NCBI GenBank assembly: GCA_021613535.1
Contig: CP075497.1
Span: 2,976,001-3,040,000 of the forward strand
From: Adineta vaga
Lineage: Eukaryota > Animalia > Rotifera
DNA length: 64,000 nucleotides
Reading direction: 5' to 3'
Numbering within the stretch: position 1 is the first letter of the stretch; the number at the start of each line of letters is the position of its first letter. The notes under the pieces are model-generated. The model saw only the letters and a list, made by a program, of their open reading frames with translations, ran no database searches and was not told where the DNA came from. The position numbers were made by a program, and so were the translations under genes. This document shows positions 12,918-24,907 of this stretch, piece after piece.

Positions 12918-13376
12918 TCATTCATCTTCGTCTTCATCCTCTTCATCATTTTTTTCAAAATTTTTACTATTATCGATTTCTTCCGGTTCTTCATCACTAT
13001 CATCTGTCGATAATGATGTTTCTCCGTGTTTTTCTCCATCTTGTTTTTTTTCATTGGATTTGACGGTGGATTTTGTATTATCACTATCTTTATCGTCATC
13101 TATGGCCGTTTGTACTTCCGATGGTGCAGACGAAATTTGTTCTTCACCTTCTTCTACGCTTGAGTCATTGGTCTTTTTCGTAACATTGGATGTTGTATTC
13201 TTTTCTTCTTTAACATATTTCATTGGTAGTTTTTCATCTGTATCAACAACAATAGCTGAAAATATACTTTCATTCAGAGTTGTCGAAGAGTTATCAAGAA
13301 CATCAGTACCTATAGTCAAGAAAATAAACAAAATGATAATCAATAAATTACGAAAAAATATTACTCGAAGTAACAT
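12918..13376 (-). CDS. Small acidic, low-complexity secreted or signal-anchored protein
   Basis: 152-aa ORF with a hydrophobic N-terminus and a D/E/S/K-rich tail. Paralogous block at about 6790-6850. Confidence 0.65.
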   Translation of the reverse strand: MLLRVIFFRNLLIIILFIFLTIGTDVLDNSSTTLNESIFSAIVVDTDEKLPMKYVKEEKNTTSNVTKKTNDSSVEEGEEQISSAPSEVQTAIDDDKDSDNTKSTVKSNEKKQDGEKHGETSLSTDDSDEEPEEIDNSKNFEKNDEEDEDEDE

Positions 13377-13940
13377 TAACCACGACTTTTGAATCTTTCA
13401 CAACATATGAATCTATTTGATGACATAGTACAACGCAAAGTATGAAGAGTACGAGATATCTATAGAAAATATGATGTAGAATTTTGTTTTGCTTGCTAAA
13501 TTGTGTACGTACCTAAAGGCCATTTTAGATCGAAGATGGATGTAAATAGAAAAATGACCCTTGAACTACTGTTTTTATATAGCAACTGATAAGATTATTC
13601 TGTTCATTCATATTTTTGACCAACTGTTGTCTAGATACTTTTATTGATAGTCATATCAAACAGTTTGTATTGATAAGAGACTTAACTAAAGATATTGTGT
13701 ATATTATTTATCTATCAAGTGATGTTCATAAAGTTCATTCTGTTTCTATGTGTTGTCATAAGATATATAAGGATTAATAAACGTTGTTATCGATCTTGCT
13801 ATCTAGTCTATTCGATTATAAAAATGACAAATAGGATGATCACAAAAAAAAGTTTCAATAAATCAAAAATAGAGTAAGAGCGAGAGTAAAACTGATATAT
13901 AAAAAGAGAAGAGTTTTTTGCTGTTGATTATTTTCAGTTT

Positions 13941-14969
13941 TTAACGAGATTCAACATGTGCTGATGATGAACTGCTTGATGTTTTTGATGATTCAGCATG
14001 TGTTGTTGTTTTTCCAACTGTGACTGCAGCACCTTGAACATGAGTTTCACCTGTAGCAGCAGCTTTTGTGGTGATGACCTAAACACAAATATATGAACTT
14101 ATTCCTAAATATTCAAATCAAATCTTCATACTGTTGTGGTGGTTGATTGAAGACGACGTGAAGCATCTTCGTGACCAAGAGCAGTAACTTGTTCAGTAAT
14201 TTTTGCTACGATAGAGCAAATAAATATAAATCAACAAATGGAGAATTACAGATACTTACTGACTTGAGCGTTGCTTTGAGCTTGAGCTTCTTTAAGAACA
14301 CCCTGAAAACAAAAAAAATGATGAGAAATATTCGCGATAATGATTAAAATTATAATAATCAACTGACCATTTTCAATCGGTTAGCTTCTTCGTTAAGATC
14401 ATCGATACGTTGACGAGCTGAGATAAGAATTTGTTCTTGACGAACATTAAGTTCTTTTTCAAGTTGAGCAAGTAAAGAAGCTTTTTCAGCATCGAGTTTT
14501 GCAACATGTTCTTGTAATTTACGTTTGAAGTCATTTTCGATATCTAATTAAAATAAACATATTTTATTTCAAAACAATAAACATTTAGAAATTCAAATAA
14601 TTTACCAGATGTACGTAAATTAGCGTCAGCGAGGAGTTGTTGTTGTTGTAATTGTGTTTCAGCAACAACTTTTTTGATGGATTCAGCAACAGCTTCACTG
14701 ATTTCTTCAGTACGTTTGCGTGAATATTCATCAACTTGGAGATGTGTTGATCCTAAATAACATTATGTCCAATATATCTTCCGTCTTGCGATATATCATG
14801 TGAAAAACTTACCAAGACGAGCCATAAGATCATTTATTTTTTTGGTATTTTCCATGCTAACCTTCGATTGAGTTTCAGTTTGAACAACCGATTGTACATG
14901 AACATTTTCAGCTTGAGCTGAATGTACTTTGGCTGAGCCTGATGATGATGTAGCAGTCATGTGAGACAT
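13941..14969 (-). CDS. 244-aa hydrophilic coiled-coil protein (CAHS/LEA-like architecture), 6 exons: 14969-14813, 14752-14606, 14543-14368, 14302-14260, 14205-14132, 14078-13941
   Basis: Five canonical GT-AG introns. Exons sum to 735 nt in one open frame from ATG to TAA. Biased codon use (GCT, GTT, CGT, GAA). Absent from the ORF track because the exons are short. Confidence refers to the gene model, not the function. Confidence 0.9.
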
Positions 14970-15583
14970 ATTTTAAATAATTTGAATAGATCGATATACG
15001 AATAGAACGTTTGTGAAGAAATGTAACACGAGCAAGTAGAAATCATCCGTATATATACACTTAACGAACTGTTGATATCTTAAGACCTCGATTTAACTCT
15101 TTCGCTCTCTCTCTTTGTTACACATACGCATAGTCCATCGTTCATGTTTCTAGTCGCGAAAAACAAAGTATTCCTTTTACTATCCGTCCGTGTAAACACA
15201 CAAATAAAATAAAGTTTCGTCGATATAATAGAATTACAATGAACGCATGCACATGCGTTAACTTTATGACCGACGAAAGAAAAACCAGACGATCACCCAA
15301 AAGAATTCGATTATTCAAAGATAAACAAATGAATGTACTTGTACTTTGTGAATCTATTGCGTCATCTCATCCCTTTCAGACAAATGTTTTTCGGAAAAAA
15401 AACCGACTAATTTGATCTGCTTATTTGAATTTTATTAATCTGTTATATTCAACGTTTACCTGGGTGATTTGATAATAAATATAACTGTACATGTCAAGGG
15501 AAAAAAGAGAATAGATATCATCATTACAAAAAAAATTGCATTAAGTTCAATGTACAATAGAAAAATAGATCATGTGTGAAAAA

Positions 15584-18500
15584 CTAAATTGGACTTTGAG
15601 CAATTTGAACACGACGTGGTAATTTACGTTTAGGTGTTGGTGTTTCTGATGATCGTCCAAATCTAACTCCACGTCTTGTTACTTTAGTTGGACGATGTAC
15701 AACTGATTGAGTACCAAGAATATTTGCAAGTTCATCGAAATCGACTTCACCATGATGATCATCAATGATTTGTGTTGTATCATCAACAAAACTATCATCT
15801 TCATCATATGTATCATCTTGCATCGTCATATTTGGTAGTTGAGAATAAATATCTTCGATAGGTATAGTTCGTGGTGGTGGACGATAATTAATCTGTGGAC
15901 TTTTAATACTTTTTAAATAGACACTCGTCATATCAATATTAGCCAGTTGTGTTAAGACTTGTCGATCATCAATGAAACGATCATTTTCAATTCTATGTTG
16001 ATTTTCATCTTCATCGGACGATAAAGTATCCGATAGATTATCTTCATCAATAGCTTCTTGATCGAGAAAATCAGATGCTAAACGTCGATGAAAATGTCGT
16101 TGTTGATCGGCATGAAGTTCCTGTGCACTTTTGGATTTCTTTCTTTCAATTATATCGGGTGTAATGCCTGAAAGACGTCGAACACGTTTTCTTGATGGTA
16201 CTGGTCGAATCGGTGTGTCGAATTTATCAGAGTCAGTTGTAATATTTACTTTAGCTGTTGCGTCAGAGATTGAACTAAAATAAATTTATAAGAATTAGAT
16301 AATCATACTTTTGATCCGTGAGCATTGCCTATGAATATCCACTAGACAAAATAGTTCTCGTGAAGTTGTATTATCTGTAATTACTTACTTTGAAACTGAA
16401 GAATACTTTATTTAAAATGAAGTATGTATTGTTATGAAAAAGAGTTCATTTAATTCTTAGTTCAATAAATAAAATTTTTCGTTTATCAAGTAAACAATAA
16501 ATAAATACATATTTGACAAAACAACAGTTTATTTTACAATCGTATAATGAGAAAAAGAAAACCAGAACTGAAAACTTACGTTTCAAGAATATTGTTACTT
16601 TGTATGTCACTGTTATCAAGATCATCGAAACTAAATTCTAAATCAAATTTCGGTAGTGTTGTATCAGCTGTTGGCAATGGTTCTTGATATTGTGTATTCA
16701 CTCGGCCTGTTAGGACTAATACGGGACTTGGATTAATTATTTGATTTGATGACGATGATGATTCCATGTGTTTATCAAATGCTTCTAATAATTCATCATC
16801 ATTCATTCCATCGTCATCATCAAAAACATTTGTTTGTTGTGATTTAACGTCATTTAGTTGTAAAGTAGGCGATAAATGAGACGTTTGAGATGCTTGAAAA
16901 AGATCATCAATGGTAATATTGAAATTGCCAATATTATCATCTTCCTTTGCTTCATATTTCTGTTGAGTAAATGTTGGACTGGATGTTGTTGGAACAAGCG
17001 GTTGAGAATGTACATGTGTTATATCGAATATTGAACCAGCTAGAAATGAAAAGAATAAATGTAATCGAATGATTGAGAATGAAAACTTACTGCCAAATAA
17101 ATCTCCACAATCGATTTCTTCAACTTGTGTTTGTTCAGTTTTTTCGTGGATAATTGGTTGTAGATTGAATGATTGATCACATTCTTCAGACACAATTAGA
17201 GAGAAATTCAATTGAATGATTAAGAATGAAAACTTACTTCCAAATAGATCTCCACAATCAATTTCTTCATCATGTATTTGTTCCGGTTTTTGATGAATGA
17301 TAGGTTGTAGATTTAATAATTGATCACAGTCTTCAGGCATTTTTGACAGATCAATTGGTGAACAGGTTCGTTTAGCTTTGATTTGATCTTTTAATTTTGA
17401 ACGATCAAATGGTGAAGGCATTTTTGGTCGATCGACAATCGTTGGTTCCATTGGTGTTGGTTCGTCCATAGGCCATGTCTAAAAGAAAAGTTGAATTATT
17501 ATGTATTATCCGTATCGTATTCTTACATGAGATGGAATATCAACATAAATTCGTTCAGTTGTATAATTTTTCATAAAATCAACCAATATTTTTGTTCGAG
17601 ATGAATGCATTGTTGAATTTTGAATTTCTCGTTGTTCATTCGACCATTTTTCGATCGCTGTTTTCAGCATTGATTTCACTCGATCTTTCTGAAAGAGAAA
17701 GTTTTTCTCTTCTTTTCTTAGAAAGCAAATAGATGACTTACAGCAGAGATGGGTGATTTCTCACCGTTATCATCGTCGTCATCATCAATATCATTTAATT
17801 GATAGTTTCTTACCCAATGATAAAACTCATTATCATTAAGTAATTTTTCTTTACGAAATAGTTTCAATAAATTTTCTAAATAAACAAAAAGACTAATATC
17901 AAAAGAGAAGATTTTCTTTCTCCTATCTACCTTGTTGTTTTGTTTTACTAATGATTGAATTAAAATCTGTATCATTTGTTTTGAATTTTTTTCTATTTTG
18001 TGGTTCAGATGAATTAGTATCATCAGTTATTTTAACTGTCATTTCTTGACACACTGGTTGAATATCACTAGGAACCATTCGTAGATTATTACGATATAAT
18101 TCTAACATTTGTGCACCATCAACAATTAATTTCAATATACGTTTTTGTTGCATTTCACCTTCATGAAATATTCGTTCTTCTTTACCTCTGAATAAACAAG
18201 AAAAGTAAATTGAATGAGAAAAAAAAGAGAGATGGTACATACTCAGTCATAAGAAGAACAATTCGACCTTGTCGAGCACGACCAGTTCGACCCATACGTT
18301 GAACAAGTCGAATCGGTGATTTAAGTGCATCAAAACAAATGATTAAATCAACACTGCCTATATCTAAACCTTCTTCGCCAATCGATGTTGCTACAAGAAC
18401 ATTATAACCACCAGCACGAAAATCATTGACAACTTTCTTTTGTAATTTTTGATTGATACCCTCTAGAAAAGAATTCTTTATTTGAAGAAAATATACGCCG

Positions 18501-20349
18501 AAAAATGAATAACTTACGTCCAGCAGCATGTGATGATGCTTGTCCAATAAATGCCATTGGTTTGACCAATGGTTTATCTTCGTCAAGAAGATCTTTAATT
18601 TCTCTTACACTATCACGTTTTTCACTGAAGATAATTACTCGTGTTTGATCATTTGCGTTTGTTTTTGTTCGTTCAAATGTTTGAAAATGTTCTACAACAC
18701 ATTCACGTAATTTAGCTAATTTTGGATGACCTTGTTGAAGACTTATTCCACGTCGCTGTTGAGTACTAACTTGAGATAAATCAAATAGACTTTGTAATTG
18801 TGTATAAATTTCATTCAATGCACGATTATTTCGAAATGTTGAATGTAAAAGACCATTTTTCTTATCTTCAGTTAATTTTTTCTTAAAAAAATTATATACT
18901 GATTGTAAACCATGTTTTTCCAATTCATCAAGTGCATGATAAAATGATATAGCAAAGAAAATTGCACTCTTTGCTTCTTGATGTTGTTTATCCTGAGTAC
19001 AAAACAAAGAGAAGAAAAGTATTTTGAAAACATTATTAATCATGTTCATACATTTAAATTAGCAGGTTTATCTTTTGCGACTCTTTTCATAGTCATGATC
19101 ATGGATCCACATGAAACATATTCGGGATTCTTTTGATAAATAACACCTAATCTTGAAAGTGTTTCAACGGGTGGTGTAAGTATATTTAAAAGAATTCGTC
19201 GTAAATCTTGCATCAATTGATTCGGTCCAACAACGATTTTATCAATAATTTTATCAAAACTAAATTTTTTTATCTCAGGTGAATCATCTGTAAACATTTC
19301 AATATGAGATATCTTGAGATTATTGATTACATTTTGTACAGCCTAGGTATAAAGAATTGATTAGAAAAGAATAGATTCAATGGATTTCATTCTTACATCA
19401 ACATTATTTCCTGGTGTTGCACTCAGTGCAAGAACACGAAAATCTTCACCATTTCGAGACATTTCTTGAACAACCTAACTCAAATCAGAAGCAAAATGAA
19501 ACATGATAAGTAAGAATAGATTTTACTTGACAATAAGCATGTTGACCAAGTGCTCGATGAGCTTCATCAATAATTAAACATCGAATCTTTGACCATGGAC
19601 AGGTAGACTTAATAAGATCATTATTTAATGTTTGTGGTGTTAGAAAGAAGACTCTTTTATCTAACCAAAGTCTTCTTCGTTCTTCTGGATTTACTCCACC
19701 AGTCATTTCACACATTTCACTTTTTCGAATACCCATAACTTTAGCACAAGCATCCATTTGTTGAGCTACGAGTGGTTTCGTTGGAGCTGTGAAAATAATT
19801 TTACCCGTTGGATACCAACGACAATAATTGTACATTACAACAGCGGCGATAAAGGTTTTTCCAAGACCAGTTGGTAAAATAACAAGAGTATTTTGAAATA
19901 ATGCTGCATGAACAGTTTTATATTGATAATCACGTTTTTCATAATTTGTTGGATAAATCCAAATACGACCTGATTGCCGATCAAAATCTGGATATGTGTG
20001 TGTTAATTCATCAACATTTGCAGGTGCTGATATTGATGCTTGATAGGATTGTTTTGCATTTTGTTCTGGTTTATAAGAAATAGGCCATTTCGAAGTAGGT
20101 ATGGCGGCAGTCGTAGGTTTCGATGTTTTTGAAGAAAAAGAAGACGACGAAAGAAGAAGAAGGAAGATTATTTTTTTCAAATTGTTCCATTGCAGTAAGT
20201 AATTCAATATCATCATCGTTATCATCATCTAGAATTAACGGTGCTTTTTGAACAGAAGTATTCGATGGTTTAGATGCAGTTGATGACCAGAATTGTCCAA
20301 GAGTCGTCTGATTTTTGGATGTAGTTGAATTAGTTGTTGTTTTCTTCAT
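15584..20349 (-). CDS. FANCM: Fanconi anaemia group M DEAH helicase/translocase, multi-exon
   Basis: [79 protein letters not shown]. The C-terminal acidic block FLDQEA...SSDE...FIDD...[13 protein letters not shown] is as in FANCM. Apparent frameshift near 20150. Confidence 0.93.
17045..17340 (-). repeat. 147-bp tandem duplication spanning an exon end, splice donor and intron start inside FANCM
   Basis: Two copies of [30 protein letters not shown], each followed by GTAAGTTTTCATTCT. Donors at 17237 and 17090 are 147 nt apart. Confidence 0.85.
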
Positions 20350-21791
20350 TTATCTAAAGAATAGAATAGAAAAAATTCATTAACATATTGATCAAATTAA
20401 AGATAGTTTTTCATAATAATAAAATAGGCGCAAAGTTTTCCTTTTCAAATGATATCGATCGACATTTTCTGTTTGGAATTGGAATCAATCTGACAATTCG
20501 TTTTTCCTTTCTGTTCTATCGAATGAATGATAGGTTTGTTTTTATGAACCAATGAATAAACGCTATGAAAAATAAGCGGGTTCAACCGTTAGAGACATCC
20601 AAGAAAGGCAATTCTTTTTTTATTAAAGGCTGCTATACAAATTTGATTGTTAGTGTGTAAATGATATGGCACCAAAGATAAAGAATGTATCCGTAAACTA
20701 TCATAAAATTGAACATGCATATATGAGCAGATTTTCTCCCGCTAATATAAACATTAACATCTCTAAGAATCTTATCGAAAATATATAGATCAGAACAACT
20801 GCTGGTTTTCCCTTGATTTATTTATCTCAAATATATTATTTATAAATGATCACACAGTTCCTCTAACAGATATAACTCAAAGCGATTGAGAAAAAGAATC
20901 CGATTGACTTCCATAATTCAATGACATTATCTAAGAATTGAATCACGATGATTGAAAACAATGCTCAGATAAATGAATTGCAAAATGACTTAGATGTTTC
21001 GTCTTTGTTTTGCTTATTGAGAGGTCCAAAATAGTATTACAACTGTCCTGCCGCTTCATTAAATGTGTGTGGTCAGAGCAGCAGAACAGGACAAGACAAG
21101 AATATTTGTCCTTTACTCATCTCTGCTGTGCGCTAATCTGAACAAGGCATCAATGATGCATGACAAATATGATTATCAATATGGATCTTATTCAAATATT
21201 GTAAAAAACGAATAAATGATGAAGGAATATGACCTACAAAAATGATTTTTATGCCATCCAAATAAATTATGACTTTAAACCGTTGAGAGTTGAGAAAGTA
21301 TAATATTTAGTAGTAGGAAAGTTATAAATAACATAGCTGTCTATTTCATGAAATAGAAATTTGACTTGATATGCGAGAATAAAAGAAAATATAAATTGAA
21401 TTCATAACTAAATCGAGGTAAAGTGTTTATGTAGATTAATTCGTGATGCATATATTCTATTCGAAAAAATAATAAATCATATGTATATTTATTCAAACTA
21501 TAAGCTTCAATATAAGAATGAACTCAAGAAGACTCAATCACTCTGTTTTCGTACTATAAGAATAAAAAAAGTGTAAAACCAAAAATATCATCATACAAAT
21601 TCATTGTAATTTGATAGCTGCTATAGAAAAACATTTTTTTCTAATCGACGCTCGCTTAAAGATATTAGAAGGTGTTTTGAGTACGAAATATAACGTTCCT
21701 ACGTATGATGTAACGAGGTCGTAAGGAATCAACAGGAATATTTATGTGATGATATAATCATATTATTTTCGTTCTCTACGTTTCTTCGCAG

Positions 21792-21799
21792 TATAAAAG
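21792..21799 (+). promoter_or_regulatory. TATA box of the SOUL gene
   Basis: TATAAAAG 60 nt upstream of the ATG at 21852. Confidence 0.45.
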
Positions 21800-21851
21800 A
21801 AGCGTGCAAGTTTATAAACGAAAGTTATTTTATTCCGAGAGAAAACCAAAC

Positions 21852-22496
21852 ATGTATTCGATTACGATTTTATCTATCTTTTTTGTGATTAATTTTTATC
21901 TGGCATTAGCCAATCCGTTAACACATTTATTTGGTAGCATCAATAGTGAAACTCCACCCTTTGATGTTGTGAGTAAAGGTGCAAAATATGAAGTTCGTCG
22001 TTATCAATCAGAATTATGGGCACAAGTAGATTATACTGTGGATGCTTCAACTGATTTTGGTGATAAAGTATCAATTGGTTTTCAACCATTGTTTCAATAT
22101 ATAACAGGTAAAAATGAAAAACAACAGAAAATTCCTATGACAGCACCAGTTGTTATGCAACAATTAAATGCTGATTCTACTCGACGACGTATGGCATTTA
22201 TTATGCCAGCAAGTCAATTTACTCAACTTGATCAATTACCAAAACCAACAGATTCGAATGTTAAACTTGTTGCCGTCAATGAGCCTTTAGTTCTTGCTTG
22301 CATTACATTTAATATGGGTATTACAAGTAAACGAGTCAATGTACGTGAAGAAGAACTTCGTCAAGCAACAACTACAGATAACATTTCATTAGTTACTGGA
22401 CGAGAAAATATTCGTGTTGGTGGCTATAATCCACCTTGGACATTACCTTGGTTTCGAAAGAATGAATTGTGTATTCCACTTGTTAATCAAGCTTAA
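21852..22496 (+). CDS. SOUL/HEBP family haem-binding protein with signal peptide, intronless
   Basis: ETPPFDVV..YEVRRY, GFQPLFQYITGKN...KIPMTAPV, MAFIMP, LPKPTD, GYNPPWTLPWFRKNE. First ATG at 21852 is followed by a hydrophobic leader. Confidence 0.9.
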   Translation: MYSITILSIFFVINFYLALANPLTHLFGSINSETPPFDVVSKGAKYEVRRYQSELWAQVDYTVDASTDFGDKVSIGFQPLFQYITGKNEKQQKIPMTAPVVMQQLNADSTRRRMAFIMPASQFTQLDQLPKPTDSNVKLVAVNEPLVLACITFNMGITSKRVNVREEELRQATTTDNISLVTGRENIRVGGYNPPWTLPWFRKNELCIPLVNQA

Positions 22497-22718
22497 TTTT
22501 AATTCAAACTTTGAGTGTAACATGAATCTTTTTTACTATTCTAATAAATTCTTTACATTCTGAAATGTATGTTTTTGTTATTATATACAGACGTCGCCAC
22601 CGTTCGAAAAGAGAAGAGATAAAGACGTGTCTGAGTTGGTCGATAGAAAAAACGAATCAAGTTACTTTTTTATCAAAAGGTAACGTAAGGTGATGAATTG
22701 AATAGTATTTAGTACCTA

Positions 22719-24209
22719 ATGTTCCTCCGACTCAGTCGCCGTTTTTCAACTTCCCCATTAACTCGTGTTCGTCATCCTAAATTACGTCGATCTACACATT
22801 ATGCTACTTTAACTGATAAAGATGTCAATTTTTTCGAACGACTACTTCCTAACGGTCGTACAATTACAAATCCCGATGATTGTTTGCCGTATAATATAGA
22901 TTGGATTAAAACATGTCAAGGACAATCTCAACTTGTTCTGCGACCAAAAACTGGTGAAGAAGTTCAAGCTATTCTTCGTTATTGTCATAAAAATCAATTA
23001 GCTGTATGTCCACAAAGTGGAAATACAGGTCTTACCGGTGGTTCAGTACCTGTGTTTGATGAAATCGTTCTTTCATTAGGTTTAATGAATACAATCGGTG
23101 ATTTTGATGAAAACAGTGGTGTTTTAACGACTGATGCTGGTTGTGTATTAGAAACACTAGATAATCATGTCCGAAAATTTGGACATACAATGCCAATTGA
23201 TTTAGGTGCAAAAGGATCATGTTTAATTGGTGGTAATGTAGCAACGAATGCTGGCGGTTTACGTGTCGTTCGTTTTGGTTCTCTTCGTTCAGCTGTTCTC
23301 GGTTTAGAAATTGTTCTAGCTGATGGTAGTTTATTGGATTGTTTAACATCATTACGAAAAGATAATACTGGTATCGATCTTAAACATCCATTTATTGGTT
23401 CCGAAGGTATCTTAGGTATTGTAACACGGGTAGCATTAGCGTGTCCACCGGCAATGTCAGGTGTTGGACTTGGTTTTTTTGCTTGTTCATCATTTGAAAA
23501 AATTCTTTCAACAATGAGATTAGCTAGACAAATCTGTGGTGAAACATTATCTGCTATCGAATTTTTAGATGAATCAACTTATAATTTATCATTGAAAAAT
23601 TTACAACGTACAAATCAACCAATAGAATCAAATAAATTCTATATTTTAGTTGAAACAATGAGTTCAACAGAAGAACGAGCAAAAGCAACATTAGAAAATC
23701 TCGCAAATACAGCATTGGAAAAAGAATTCGTAACCGATGGTACACTCGCACAAGATTTAACACAATACAAAGATTTATGGGCAATACGTGAACGTGTACC
23801 TGAAGCACTTGTTGCTGATGGCTATGTATTTAAATATGATTTCTCTTTACCACCAAATCGAATGTATAAATTAGTTGAAGAAACTCAAAAACGCATGAAA
23901 CCTTTTTCCAATGTTAACAATGTTACTGGTTTTGGACATTTAGGTGATCAAAATCTTCATTTAAATATTACTGTTAAAAATGGTTATTCCGATGAAATTA
24001 AACATGAACTCGAACCATGGTTATACGAATGGGTTTCAAAAGAACGTGGTTCTATCTCAGCTGAACATGGTCTCGGTTTACATAAATCAAAATATCTTCA
24101 ATTAAATAAAGGTACACAATCATTAGAATTAATGAAACAAATGAAAATGATGTTTGATCCTAAATGTATTCTTAATCCTTATAAAGTTTTACCATATCAA
24201 ATAGATTAG
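22719..24209 (+). CDS. D2HGDH: Mitochondrial D-2-hydroxyglutarate dehydrogenase (FAD-linked oxidase), intronless
   Basis: Arg-rich mitochondrial leader. PQSGNTGLTGGSVPVFDE, DLGAKGSCLIGGNVATNAGG, LRKDNTGIDLK, GHLGDQNLHLN, GSISAEHGLG, FDPKCILNPYK. Confidence 0.95.
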   Translation: MFLRLSRRFSTSPLTRVRHPKLRRSTHYATLTDKDVNFFERLLPNGRTITNPDDCLPYNIDWIKTCQGQSQLVLRPKTGEEVQAILRYCHKNQLAVCPQSGNTGLTGGSVPVFDEIVLSLGLMNTIGDFDENSGVLTTDAGCVLETLDNHVRKFGHTMPIDLGAKGSCLIGGNVATNAGGLRVVRFGSLRSAVLGLEIVLADGSLLDCLTSLRKDNTGIDLKHPFIGSEGILGIVTRVALACPPAMSGVGLGFFACSSFEKILSTMRLARQICGETLSAIEFLDESTYNLSLKNLQRTNQPIESNKFYILVETMSSTEERAKATLENLANTALEKEFVTDGTLAQDLTQYKDLWAIRERVPEALVADGYVFKYDFSLPPNRMYKLVEETQKRMKPFSNVNNVTGFGHLGDQNLHLNITVKNGYSDEIKHELEPWLYEWVSKERGSISAEHGLGLHKSKYLQLNKGTQSLELMKQMKMMFDPKCILNPYKVLPYQID

Positions 24210-24907
24210 ATTGATTTACATTATTTTCTTTTCGTATTAAGATTATATTTCTATAGAGTATATTAGAAAATAAAATTTTCAACGTCACTATCGCCTTTTT
24301 TCCATGCTAAATTGTAAAAATATCTATCAAGGACACATTTGCTTTTCATTCTATTGTTATATTAGATAGATATGTCAACACTTTGATGAAAGGAAAGTTT
24401 TTTCTTTTTGTAAGAAATAAAAATAAATTTCGAATGATTCTGTCAATTAATTTGACAATAACATCAATCAACATAATGTCAACGAAAATTTGATAGGATA
24501 ATAGAAAAAAGAAACTTACGTGCAAACGAATTGATTCAACTGGAATATAATTATCTATAGATAAAAATAGACCTTTACCTTGATAATTCGTTACAGACTG
24601 TTGATAGAGAGAAAAGGATAGTATATTTGTCTATTCACTTGGTAAAATTTTATATAGCTACAAATGATTAGATGAAGGTCAAAGATATGTTCGTTGGCAT
24701 TTACTATTGTATAGAAACATGTACCTGACAAACGAGATTTAAGTTAATGTCATCAGAGTAATATCGATAATGTATACTATCATCTAAATTGACTTTCATG
24801 GTCATGTCATATTCAGTTAGAAATTTAAAATTTTAAGGTTGAAAAAAAAAGAGAGCAATCAATGATTTATTTAAACGAAAAAGACACATAGAATATCACA
24901 GGGAATT

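Noticed and set aside
12901-13392. 163-aa Ser/Phe-rich plus-strand ORF
   Set aside because: Antisense shadow of the acidic minus-strand gene 12918..13376.
20650-21130. Possible hAT transposase or MITE scraps (AQINELQNDLDVSSLF; CAGGACAAGACAAG)
   Set aside because: Too short and degenerate to support without a repeat-library search.
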